Shown here: in pieces, positions 1 to 8,994 of the stretch
Numbering within the stretch: the first letter of the stretch is position 1
How the letters are laid out: each line of letters opens with the position of its first letter
Virus record (IMG/VR): IMGVR_UViG_3300019886_000006
Span: 1-58,136 of that record
DNA from: a virus
Taxonomy: Duplodnaviria; Caudoviricetes
DNA: 58,136 nucleotides
Direction: 5' to 3' (one strand)
Position numbers and translations under genes: made by a program
Notes under the pieces: model-generated
Told to the model about the DNA's origin: nothing
Database searches by the model: none
The model's input: only the letters and a program-made list of their open reading frames with translations

Positions 1-276
1 ACTAGATTTAGGTTCCTAGCCAATGATGCCCCGCATAAAAGTCTACACGATAATACTATAGCGGAAAAACACAAAGTTGATTATTCAAGATTTAATCTTA
101 ATCAGAAGAGGGAATATTGGGATAATTATCTTAAAACACTAAAATCTGGAGATAGTTTCATAGAACTATGCTCAAATCGAATTGATATAAGAAGATCGGC
201 TAGTCGATTAGGATATAAAGTAATTAGTAAAAACACAGAAGATAAAGGCATAACTAGATTTTGGGTTGTAAAATGA
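1..276 (+). CDS. 3' part of a hypothetical protein that spans the window junction (joins 57966..58136)
   Basis: Frame 1 is open from base 1 to TGA at 274-276 and is in frame with the ORF running off the right end. Confidence 0.6.
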   Translation, partial: TRFRFLANDAPHKSLHDNTIAEKHKVDYSRFNLNQKREYWDNYLKTLKSGDSFIELCSNRIDIRRSASRLGYKVISKNTEDKGITRFWVVK

Positions 277-473
277 AATTAGGAGATAAGGTTGTTTATT
301 TGGAAAGACCTAATGAAGTGTATATAGTGAATAACCTAGTATCCTTTGGAACAGACAAAGACATTCAATGTGTAAACGAGAAAAACAAAGCTATTATATA
401 TAACTTACCTAAAATCAAATTAATTGCGTACCCTTTAACAAGATTACAAAAAGTAATCTACGGAGTAAATTAA
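273..473 (+). CDS. Small LxxLEKVIYG-motif protein (KOW/SH3-like N-terminus)
   Basis: ATG 273 overlaps the upstream TGA; MKLGDKVV...PLTRLQKVIYGVN. Confidence 0.75.
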   Translation: MKLGDKVVYLERPNEVYIVNNLVSFGTDKDIQCVNEKNKAIIYNLPKIKLIAYPLTRLQKVIYGVN

Positions 474-761
474 ATGAAAAACTGGTTACTTAAACTATAT
501 CATGCTTTTTTAAAAGGTCTATCAAAATACTTAGTTACGGAATTAAAAGAATTTATGTTTGAAGAAATCTATAAAAGATATAAGTTTGAAAAATGGGTTT
601 CTCTTAACGGGGAATTTATAGTTCGTCAGAGAGCTATATCTGCAATGGAAAATCAGAGGCGCCCTTCTGATGAAGAACTATATAATCGGTTCTCTAAAAC
701 CAGAATTAGTGACCGCCCTACATTAGATACTATCGATTTAGCTTCAAATACAGAAGAATAA
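474..761 (+). CDS. Hypothetical protein
   Basis: ORF with GGAG upstream, directly after the previous stop. Confidence 0.6.
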   Translation: MKNWLLKLYHAFLKGLSKYLVTELKEFMFEEIYKRYKFEKWVSLNGEFIVRQRAISAMENQRRPSDEELYNRFSKTRISDRPTLDTIDLASNTEE

Positions 762-809
762 GTATTAAAAAGTAAATAATATCATATACTTGTAATTATA
801 CTAAAATTA

Positions 810-851
810 TATGTCAAATTTATTGACATATCATAATAAGTCATATATTAT
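810..851 (+). promoter_or_regulatory. Sigma70-like promoter with an inverted repeat over the -35 box
   Basis: TTGACA 823-828, 17-nt spacer, TATTAT 846-851; TATGTCAA-N5-TTGACATA palindrome at 810-830. Confidence 0.6.
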
Positions 852-867
852 TTATACAGGAGGAATA

Positions 868-1218
868 ATGAAATTAATCAATAAATTAAAGTCTTACTTA
901 CCAACACCTTTACCAAAAGGGCTAACTGAGTTTAATATTTGGGCGGATAATATTATCGAATTATCAGGGAAATATGCTGATATCGATTCAATGAAATGGA
1001 CCCTTTGTAACATTGTCTTAAGTTTGCCAACTACTTGTAATTCAAAACCAAAGAACCATTTTGTTAAAGTTTTGCATAAAGCAGCTGCTAACCAAGTAGT
1101 TTCTTATGCTATTAATGAAATTAAAGATAACCAAAAAAGAATGGCTGAAGAACAAGCCAAAAAACAAGAAGTAACAGCATCAGATAAGACAACAAGTGGC
1201 GAAGAAACGAAAACTTAA
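868..1218 (+). CDS. Hypothetical protein
   Basis: Start moved to ATG 868 behind GGAGG. Confidence 0.7.
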   Translation: MKLINKLKSYLPTPLPKGLTEFNIWADNIIELSGKYADIDSMKWTLCNIVLSLPTTCNSKPKNHFVKVLHKAAANQVVSYAINEIKDNQKRMAEEQAKKQEVTASDKTTSGEETKT

Positions 1219-1672
1219 TTATATCCAAGAACGGAATAAATGGTACGCGAAACTTAAAAAAGAAGGCTTTAAAGATATCGAGTCCTTAAGAGGACAGACA
1301 AAGGTAGATGAGTCTGATAGAATTGGTAGAAATACTTTTACTAGACTACCACAAGGCGCTGCATCTGAAAATAAACTTACTGTTTTACCCGGCGCAGATA
1401 CCTCTAAGAATAGACGAGAACGGTTTAAAACTGCTTATATCGTTCATAAAGCTAAAGAAGACTATTATTATATGACAGAACAATTCCTTAACTCTTATGA
1501 TTTTGAATCAGGCCTAGAAAAAGTAATATGGGAGTATCATTCTAATGGGATGTCTAAAAGAAATATAACTAAAACATTGTTAGGCGTAAAAATTAAAATC
1601 AATAGTACTAAAGTATGGCAGATCATAAATAAACTGTCAAAAATCATGAAAATAGAATTTGGAGTAAAGTAG
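1196..1672 (+). CDS. Putative late transcription regulator with sigma-70 region 4-like HTH
   Basis: C-terminal 'LEKVIWEYHSNGMSKRNITKTL...STKVWQII' resembles a region-4 HTH; lies upstream of the packaging genes. Confidence 0.5.
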   Translation: MAKKRKLNYIQERNKWYAKLKKEGFKDIESLRGQTKVDESDRIGRNTFTRLPQGAASENKLTVLPGADTSKNRRERFKTAYIVHKAKEDYYYMTEQFLNSYDFESGLEKVIWEYHSNGMSKRNITKTLLGVKIKINSTKVWQIINKLSKIMKIEFGVK

Positions 1673-2089
1673 TTGGACGATTTTTCAGAGTTATATGATA
1701 TAAGAGACAGCGTGGATGACGACAGGAACTTCATTCTCTCTACGGCTTTACGTGGATTATATTATGGTGATAGTTGGTTCTCATTGATTCCCAAAGACAT
1801 ATTTATGGGGTATTATGAGCCTATTCTTAAAGCTATGATACTGAAGTGTAATGTTAAAGTCGCATGCCTTCCAGATGACCCGTCAGTCATCATAGGATAT
1901 AGTATTTTAAGCCCAGATTATCAGGCAATTGTATGGGTATATGTAAAACAAGCATGGCGAAAAAAAGGTATAGCCAAATCTTTAGTCCCTAAGCATCCTA
2001 TTGCTGTCATGCACCTTACTAGATTAGGCAAAACTTTATTAACTAAGTTTCCAACTACTATATTTAATCCATTCTTTCAACTTAACTAA
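1673..2089 (+). CDS. GNAT-family acetyltransferase
   Basis: 'VYVKQAWRKKGIAKSL' fits the acetyl-CoA-binding motif A. Confidence 0.65.
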   Translation: MDDFSELYDIRDSVDDDRNFILSTALRGLYYGDSWFSLIPKDIFMGYYEPILKAMILKCNVKVACLPDDPSVIIGYSILSPDYQAIVWVYVKQAWRKKGIAKSLVPKHPIAVMHLTRLGKTLLTKFPTTIFNPFFQLN

Positions 2090-2100
2090 AGGAGTTATAA

Positions 2101-2367
2101 ATGAAAGGTTTTTCAAGCAGATTCATGAAACGAGATAAACAGGTTTCTCTTAAACCACAGCCGCCACGAGAAATCAGCGAAATTACTAAAGAATATTCAG
2201 AGCAACTAGGTAAAGCTGCTCAAGCTGGGTACCAAGTCTATGTATATCAAAAAGAATTGGCTCGATTAAATGACCGACTAGAACAGCTTAATCTAGAAGC
2301 TGCTAGTCGTAATAAACTAGACTTAGACACTAAGAAAAACGAGGTTGCAGATGAGCAAACTAAATAA
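2101..2367 (+). CDS. Hypothetical coiled-coil protein
   Basis: AAGGAG SD; helical heptad pattern. Confidence 0.7.
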   Translation: MKGFSSRFMKRDKQVSLKPQPPREISEITKEYSEQLGKAAQAGYQVYVYQKELARLNDRLEQLNLEAASRNKLDLDTKKNEVADEQTK

Positions 2368-2608
2368 TACCAAGGTTGATTATGCTAGAGCCCACGGCAC
2401 GGTATTTGTTCCAGATCTAGGACAATTTGGACCAGAGTTAAATGTAAAGACTCCAGGCGGTAGAATCAAGGATATGGAGATTGATGAGCCTTTTCTGGTA
2501 GTTACTATCGAAAACAATTTGAAACAGTTGGTTACTATTCCCGTACCTTTAGCGAATGTATCACATATGAGAACGGCTCCTAAAGTTGAAAAGAATAATA
2601 AAGCCTAA
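2351..2608 (+). CDS. Hypothetical protein
   Basis: GAGG SD before ATG 2351. Confidence 0.65.
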   Translation: MSKLNNTKVDYARAHGTVFVPDLGQFGPELNVKTPGGRIKDMEIDEPFLVVTIENNLKQLVTIPVPLANVSHMRTAPKVEKNNKA

Positions 2609-4019
2609 TACGTCTCTTAAAGATGCTAGCGGTTCATATTATAATCCTTATGATAAATTAAGGCTTACTAGTATGTTCCCACAGCAAGATGCATTTGTTA
2701 AAGACGATTCAAGATATATAGCCGCGCAGTGTAGTCGCAGAGCCGGTAAATCTAACGGCCTGGCACTGCGTTTTTTTAACACAATGTACAAATACCCTGG
2801 TTGTTCCTGTATATACCTAGCCCTTACTAAAGACTCGGCTAAAGATATTATGTGGCCAGTACTTCAAGAATTGAACGATAAGTATAACCTTGGGTGTGAG
2901 TTTAAAGAGTCTAAGCTGATTATGACTCATCCTAATGGCTCAAGACTTATGCTTTATGGTGCAGACATGCCAAACTTTATAAGACGTCTTAAAGGACAGA
3001 AATCACCAGGTATAGGGGTTGATGAGAGTCAAGATTTTGGAGTACATTTAGAAAGTCTTATAAATGACGTTTTAACTCCTATGTTAGTAGATTATAAAGA
3101 ATCATGGTTAGCCATTGTAGGAACACCAGGGCCAGTGCCTCAAGGATATTACTTTGAGGTGACTAATAATAAGAGATTTGGGTATAGTGTTCATAGCTGG
3201 ACTATTTTAGATAATCCATACATTGTAGATGCCAAAGACTTCATAGCAGATATGATAGCCAAAAGAGAATGGCAACCTGATCATCCAACACTCCGTAGAG
3301 AGTGGAGAAATGAGTGGGTTTTAGATACCGAGTCTCTTTGGATTAGGTATAAAAAAGAGATTAATGATTTCGATACTTTACCCCTTGAAGTAAAGAAATG
3401 GAATTATGTCATGGGTATTGATATCGGGTTTAAAGATGCCGATGCCATTGCAGTACTAGCCTGGTCAGACGAGTGTAAGACTACATATCTAGTAGAAGAG
3501 ATTATTACTACTAAACAAGATATTACTTCTCTTATGGAACAAATAGAAAGTACTCGCAAAAAGTATAATGCCTATAAAATGGTTATAGATCAAGGCGGTC
3601 TTGGCCTTAAAATAGCCGAAGAGATGCGTAGAAGGCATGCCGTTCCTGTAGAAGCTGCAGATAAGAAATTAAAGGCTGAGAATGTAGGTATATTAAACGA
3701 CGAGCTTAGATTAGGTAAATTAAAGGCTAGGGCCAATTCTAGATTCGCTCAAGACAGCTATATGATCCAAATCGATTGGAAGCATAGCCGACCAGATAAA
3801 ATAGTTATCAAGAAAGATCCTCATAGCGATATAATCGATGCCGTTCTCTACGCCCATAAAGAATCATATGCTTTTACATATGAGCCAGAGGTTAAGAAAC
3901 CTAAGTACGGATCAAAAGAATGGGCAGAAGCTCAACAAGGCTCTATGTTTGAGGCTGAATTAGCTGGAATGCAGCAAGAACAAGACATTAATCGTAAATT
4001 ATATGGTGATTTTGACTAA
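2586..4019 (+). CDS. terL: Terminase large subunit
   Basis: Walker A 'CSRRAGKS', Walker B 'IGVDESQD', 'GTPG' motif, nuclease 'GIDIG' and C-terminal 'HSDIIDA'. Confidence 0.93.
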   Translation: MKRIIKPNTSLKDASGSYYNPYDKLRLTSMFPQQDAFVKDDSRYIAAQCSRRAGKSNGLALRFFNTMYKYPGCSCIYLALTKDSAKDIMWPVLQELNDKYNLGCEFKESKLIMTHPNGSRLMLYGADMPNFIRRLKGQKSPGIGVDESQDFGVHLESLINDVLTPMLVDYKESWLAIVGTPGPVPQGYYFEVTNNKRFGYSVHSWTILDNPYIVDAKDFIADMIAKREWQPDHPTLRREWRNEWVLDTESLWIRYKKEINDFDTLPLEVKKWNYVMGIDIGFKDADAIAVLAWSDECKTTYLVEEIITTKQDITSLMEQIESTRKKYNAYKMVIDQGGLGLKIAEEMRRRHAVPVEAADKKLKAENVGILNDELRLGKLKARANSRFAQDSYMIQIDWKHSRPDKIVIKKDPHSDIIDAVLYAHKESYAFTYEPEVKKPKYGSKEWAEAQQGSMFEAELAGMQQEQDINRKLYGDFD

Positions 4020-4024
4020 TTATT

Positions 4025-4044
4025 ACCTAATACGCTATATTAAG
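4025..4044 (+). promoter_or_regulatory. Putative phage late promoter, copy 1
   Basis: ACCTAATACGCTATATTAAG, repeated at 15741, 24214 and 31342. Confidence 0.75.
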
Positions 4045-4057
4045 CCTCGGAGGGTAT

Positions 4058-4321
4058 ATTCTTCCATTTCTTAATAAAGCAAAAAAACCTCAAACTGGCG
4101 TTATAATTGCTACTAGATCACCTGATAAACAAAGTGATAATCAAGAAGATAGCCGTCCTCTTCAATCATGCGCTAAAGAACTTATAGACGCAGTACACGC
4201 AAAAGACCCTAATGCCGTAGAAACGGCTCTAAGATCCGCTTTTCAAATCCTAGACTCTGAGCCCCATGAAGAGGGTGAATATATCCAGCCTCATAATTAC
4301 GAAGCATCTAAAACTAAATAA
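4058..4321 (+). CDS. Hypothetical 87-aa protein with a probable ATT start (absent from the ORF track)
   Basis: GGAGGG followed by ATT CTT CCA TTT; frame open to TAA 4319-4321 ((M)LPFLNKAKK...CAKELIDAVHAKD...PHEEG). Confidence 0.65.
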   Translation: MLPFLNKAKKPQTGVIIATRSPDKQSDNQEDSRPLQSCAKELIDAVHAKDPNAVETALRSAFQILDSEPHEEGEYIQPHNYEASKTK

Positions 4322-4329
4322 AGGAAATT

Positions 4330-5580
4330 ATGCCCCTTATTAAATCAAAATCTAAAAAAGCATTCTCTAAAAACGTTGAAACAGAAATGGATTCAGGCAA
4401 ACCTCAAAACCAGAGTCTTGCAATTGCATATTCTGTTAAACGTAAAGCTAAGAAAAAAGCATCTGGCGGTACTGTAAATTCTGGTAGTTCTACAATGAAT
4501 TACGCTGATGGTGGCGATGTAGATCACGTTAAAGAATTAGACGAAACAAAACAAAAACTTTTTGATCATTTGCAAAATAGTAGATTTTCAAAACCAGATT
4601 CCGCTGAAAAAAAAGCAGATATAACTAGACTAAAAGCTAAAAAAGCAATGCATGAAGCTGCATTATCTTCAAAATACGCAGAAGGCGGCGAGATATCAGC
4701 TAAGACTGAGAAACGCTCAATGCCTAATATGAAATACAATGATTCTATGCAAGTAGGCGAAAACTCTAATAAAAAAGAGCTTATTGATGACCAATGGACT
4801 TCTCGCCCAGACATTAAACAAAGTACTAAAGGTATGAGAACAACTCCTATCAAGCACCCTAAAATGGTTGCATCAAATGTATTACAAGCACGCCTTCGTG
4901 ATGAGGAAGATGACCTCCAAACCTCAGCAGGTGTTAATAATGGACCTCAACGTCAACCGCCTGAACATGACAATGAAGAAGACCCTAATCGACAAGGCAA
5001 GACTCCATATGATGAAGCAACTAGCCGCAGAGGCTATGCAAATGGCGGTACAGTAGATCCTGATCATTCAGGTAATACCCATAATCTTAAAGTAGACAAC
5101 GAATATGGCGGTAATGCAGAAGAAGACAACCAAGAAGATCCAGCTGGTTTAACAGAAGATAATGATCAGATGCGCCCGGCTAAAGAAGAATATATGGCTG
5201 ATCATATGCAAATGCTTGCAGAAGGCGGTATTGCAGATGAAGAAGAAATCGAACATGCAGCATCTATTGCAGCTGCTATCATGGCGCGACGTAAAATGGC
5301 ATCTGGGGGTTCTGTTGAATCAGGTTCAGAAGATATGAATATGGCTGATGGCGGTCAAGTCGATATAGAAGATAACAACAATGAAGAGCCAAACGAGTAT
5401 TATCATCTAAATGAAGAAGATGTACTAGATCATGATATGAATGCTGGCATGCCATCAAACGGTCAACCAAAAGATTCTAATGAACATGGTGATGTATTAG
5501 AAGACGAAGATGAGCACAGCGGTTCACTTGCATTTAAGATTCGCGCTAAATCTAAGAAACGTTCGCCTATCACAAGGTAA
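4330..5580 (+). CDS. Acidic low-complexity head-associated protein with seven AxGG motifs
   Basis: Lies between terL and portal; repeated ASGG/ADGG/AEGG/ANGG; basic N-terminus 'MPLIKSKSKKAFSKN'. Confidence 0.7.
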   Translation: MPLIKSKSKKAFSKNVETEMDSGKPQNQSLAIAYSVKRKAKKKASGGTVNSGSSTMNYADGGDVDHVKELDETKQKLFDHLQNSRFSKPDSAEKKADITRLKAKKAMHEAALSSKYAEGGEISAKTEKRSMPNMKYNDSMQVGENSNKKELIDDQWTSRPDIKQSTKGMRTTPIKHPKMVASNVLQARLRDEEDDLQTSAGVNNGPQRQPPEHDNEEDPNRQGKTPYDEATSRRGYANGGTVDPDHSGNTHNLKVDNEYGGNAEEDNQEDPAGLTEDNDQMRPAKEEYMADHMQMLAEGGIADEEEIEHAASIAAAIMARRKMASGGSVESGSEDMNMADGGQVDIEDNNNEEPNEYYHLNEEDVLDHDMNAGMPSNGQPKDSNEHGDVLEDEDEHSGSLAFKIRAKSKKRSPITR

Positions 5581-5583
5581 ATA

Positions 5584-5847
5584 ATGATTAAAGATATTAA
5601 AGACTTAGCCAAGGTTATATCACTTTGTCGTAAGACAGGTGTTGCCTTTCTTAAACTAGGTGATTTAGAACTCCAATTAGGTAATTCTCCTATTAAACCG
5701 TCTAAGTTCTTATCAGAGATTCCTGAAGCTAACTTGAAAATACCTAAACCTAATCTAATCGATCAAGGTCCAGATATCATCGAAACACCAAATGCATTAT
5801 CAGAAGAGGATCAACTCTTCTATTCCGCTAGAGAGCATAATAACTAA
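5584..5847 (+). CDS. Hypothetical protein
   Basis: Stop overlaps the portal start. Confidence 0.7.
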   Translation: MIKDIKDLAKVISLCRKTGVAFLKLGDLELQLGNSPIKPSKFLSEIPEANLKIPKPNLIDQGPDIIETPNALSEEDQLFYSAREHNN

Positions 5848-7760
5848 TGAAGGTTAAAGCCAGCAAAGCTCCTAACTCAGTTACTTTCAAGACAAAGCCA
5901 GACATGGCTAACATGACTCTTGAACAATGGTGGACAGTAAAGGACTCAGACAAGGCGGCATCTTTTATGCTGACTTCTGCCGCATATTTAAAAGAGTCTC
6001 AGAATTTTATATACCGACAAACATCAATATATGCAAGGCTTTATGGAAATCAGTCTCTATACTCTTTCGCTGGGGCCAATACGAATAAGATGGATGACCA
6101 GAAAGGGCTTCCGCAAGACCGCCCCACATTTAACCTCATACAGTCTGTTACTGACACGCTGGTCTCTAGGATATCGCAGAGTCGCCCTCAGCCTGTGTTC
6201 CTTACCGACAATGGCGATTACAAACAACGTAACCTCGCAAAAAAGCTCAATAATTTCATCCAAGGCGAGTTCTTCTCGACTAAGGCTTATGAAAAAGCCA
6301 CAATAGCACTAAGAGATGCATTAGTCCAAGGCACTGGTATTCTTCATGTATATGAAACTCCTGATCATAAAGCCGAATTAGAAAGAGTACTTCTTACAGA
6401 GTTACTTATAGACCCTAATGAAGGTATGTATGGAAACCCGAGACAACTTTATCGTATGAAGTTAGTTGATCGTGATGTCCTTCATGCAGCATTCCCTAAA
6501 CTAGAAGAAAAGATTATTCTAGCAGCTAAAGGTACCCCAGACAATAGCTCAGACTCATCTAAATAAGTATCAGACTTAGTAATGGTAGTAGAAGGATGGC
6601 ATCTACGTTCAGGTAAGAATGCCAAAGACGGTAGACATACCTTGGCTATATCTACTGGCTCATTATTAGATGAAGAATATATCAAAGATAGATTCCCGTT
6701 CTCATTTATTCATTACTCACCAAGACTACTAGGTTTTTGGAGCCAAGGTGTAGCCGAACAGCTTATGGGAACGCAAATGGAGCTGAACTCAATTTTATAC
6801 ACTATCTCTAGAGCAATTAAACTAGTAGGTGTACCAAGAGTATTCCAAGAAGACGGTTCTAAAGTCCTTAATGCCGCCCATAACAATGAGATAGGCACGA
6901 TAGTAAAGTATCGAGGTACTAAGCCAGAATATGTAGTAGCTCCTTGTAATGCCCCAGAATTATACGCCGAAAGGGATAAGCTCATATCTTATGGATACCA
7001 ACAATCGGGGGTATCAGCCCTACAAGCATCTAGTCAAAAGCCTCAAGGCCTTGACTCAGGTGAAGCTATCCGAACGTATGACGATATTAGTACAGATCGT
7101 TTTGCTAGTCTTGCTCGTCGCTATGATAATCTTTTTATCGACTTAGCCTATCAAATAGTTGATCTTGCTAAGGATATCGCAACAGAACAAGGCGAGTATA
7201 GCACTGTTTATCCTAACAAGAATGGAACAAAAGAAATCGACCTTCCTAAAGCAGCAATGATAGAAGATGCATTCATTGTACAGTGCTTTACACAAAGCTC
7301 ATTGCCTAAAGACCCAGCAGGTAGATTAGCCAAAGTAACTGAGATGGCACAAGCAGGTATGATAAGTCTTCAAGAAGCACGACGATTACTTGATTATCCT
7401 GATCTAGAACAGATAGAAAAGCTAGCTAATGCTGCCGAAGAGCGTATCTTATCGATACTTGATGATATCATAGAATCAGGTAAATACACAAGTCCAGACC
7501 CTTTCATGAACCTAGATCTTGCAACACAGCTAACAACCCAGTATATAAACCTATACGCCCCAGCTAAACTTGAAGAAGCAAAGATGGCTAAACTAAGAGA
7601 CTTCTTTTCCCAAGTCCAAGACCTTAAACAAGCAGCACAACCTCCACAGGTAGCACCCCCTGGTGCTCCAGGAGCCTCACCACAAGACGGAAGCCCACAA
7701 GCCGTACCTCAGGCCCCAAATCAATCTCCTTTATTACCAAACGCTCCTCAGGCCTCTTAA
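5847..7760 (+). CDS. Portal protein, interrupted by one in-frame TAA at 6564-6566
   Basis: ORFs 5847..6566 and 6582..7760 share one frame and join to ~637 codons; position after terL and before scaffold/MCP; Pro/Gln-rich tail as in P22/T7-type portals. Confidence 0.8.
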
Positions 7761-7763
7761 AAT

Positions 7764-7916
7764 ATGAAAATACCATTTACTAAACTAGAGATAAATTTTT
7801 TGCATGTCCAAGACACTAGCCTTAAAGCATTCCCGGCAAATATACGAGCCCTAGACTTACGAAATAATGCAAAACTAATATTCCAATTAAAACTAACCGT
7901 ACCAGGAGTAAAATAA
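7764..7916 (+). CDS. Hypothetical 50-aa protein
   Basis: ATG 7764 to TAA 7914-7916, which overlaps the scaffold ATG. Confidence 0.45.
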   Translation: MKIPFTKLEINFLHVQDTSLKAFPANIRALDLRNNAKLIFQLKLTVPGVK

Positions 7917-8947
7917 TGAAAATCATTCCAGTAGCTAGTCCACATGCCGTAGCCCCAGTAACAAGTAATGCTACTGCTGCTAGGGCTAAAGCCATAGAGG
8001 CATTTAAAGCCGCTTCACCCACACCTGATGTTAATACCCAGGCTCAACCTCCAGTAAATCCTAATTCAGTCCAAGTAGAAGAGCTAGGCGCAGTAAAAGC
8101 ATCTCAAGCCCCTGAAACTACTGAAGAAACTGTAGAGCAAAAAGCCCAAGTTGAAGTCAAACCAGAACCAGCTAAACCTGTTTCTGAAGAATGGGCGAAA
8201 CTTGCAAGACAAGAAAAAGCAATTCGTGCCAAAGCCCAACAACAAGAACAAGCCTTTAAACAACGTGAAGCAGCATTACTAGCTAGAGAATCAGAAGCCA
8301 AGTCCAAATCTGAGTTCAACCAAAAAGGCTATGTCTCATTAGACCGTATTAAAGCAGATATCCTAGGTGTAGCACAAGAAGCAGGTATCTCATATGATGA
8401 GATAGCTAATCAGATGCTTAACCCATCTAAAGTCGATCCTAGAACCCAAAGTCTATTAGACAAGATGCAAGCCAAAATAGACGCTCTTGAAAAATCTACT
8501 TCAGAAAACTCTACTAGACAGACTGAGGCTCAACAACAAGCCTATAACTCAGCTGTACGTCAAATCGAATTAGATACTAAAGCCTTGATTCGATCAGAAC
8601 CAGATATTTTTGAAGCCATTAACCAAACAGGCTCTATTAAAGATGTAGTAGAACTCATCACAGAGACATTCAACAAAGATGGTATCCTCATGACTGTCGA
8701 AGAGGCAGCACATGAAGTAGAACAATACCTCGTAGAAGAGGCAGAAAAACTTAGTAATATGAAAAAAATCCAGAGCAAGCGAAATGCGGCCCAAGTACAA
8801 GCCACACCAGCTAAAACGCAGTCACCAAGCTCGCAATCTCAGACAAGTCAGTCAATAAAAACCTTGACAAATGCCACATCTAGCACCCGGAAGTTGGGAG
8901 CCAGAGAACGTGCTCTATTAGCATTTAAAGGCGAATTAACAAAATAA
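7916..8947 (+). CDS. Capsid scaffolding protein
   Basis: Ala/Gln/Glu-rich coiled coil directly upstream of the MCP. Confidence 0.7.
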   Translation: MKIIPVASPHAVAPVTSNATAARAKAIEAFKAASPTPDVNTQAQPPVNPNSVQVEELGAVKASQAPETTEETVEQKAQVEVKPEPAKPVSEEWAKLARQEKAIRAKAQQQEQAFKQREAALLARESEAKSKSEFNQKGYVSLDRIKADILGVAQEAGISYDEIANQMLNPSKVDPRTQSLLDKMQAKIDALEKSTSENSTRQTEAQQQAYNSAVRQIELDTKALIRSEPDIFEAINQTGSIKDVVELITETFNKDGILMTVEEAAHEVEQYLVEEAEKLSNMKKIQSKRNAAQVQATPAKTQSPSSQSQTSQSIKTLTNATSSTRKLGARERALLAFKGELTK

Positions 8948-8994
8948 TCTGACATGGTGTTGGGTTATAAATTTTAACATTAAGGAGAATTATT

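Noticed and set aside
4025-4044. True T7-class promoter with a phage RNA polymerase
   Set aside because: Only TAATACG is shared, and no single-subunit RNAP ORF is present
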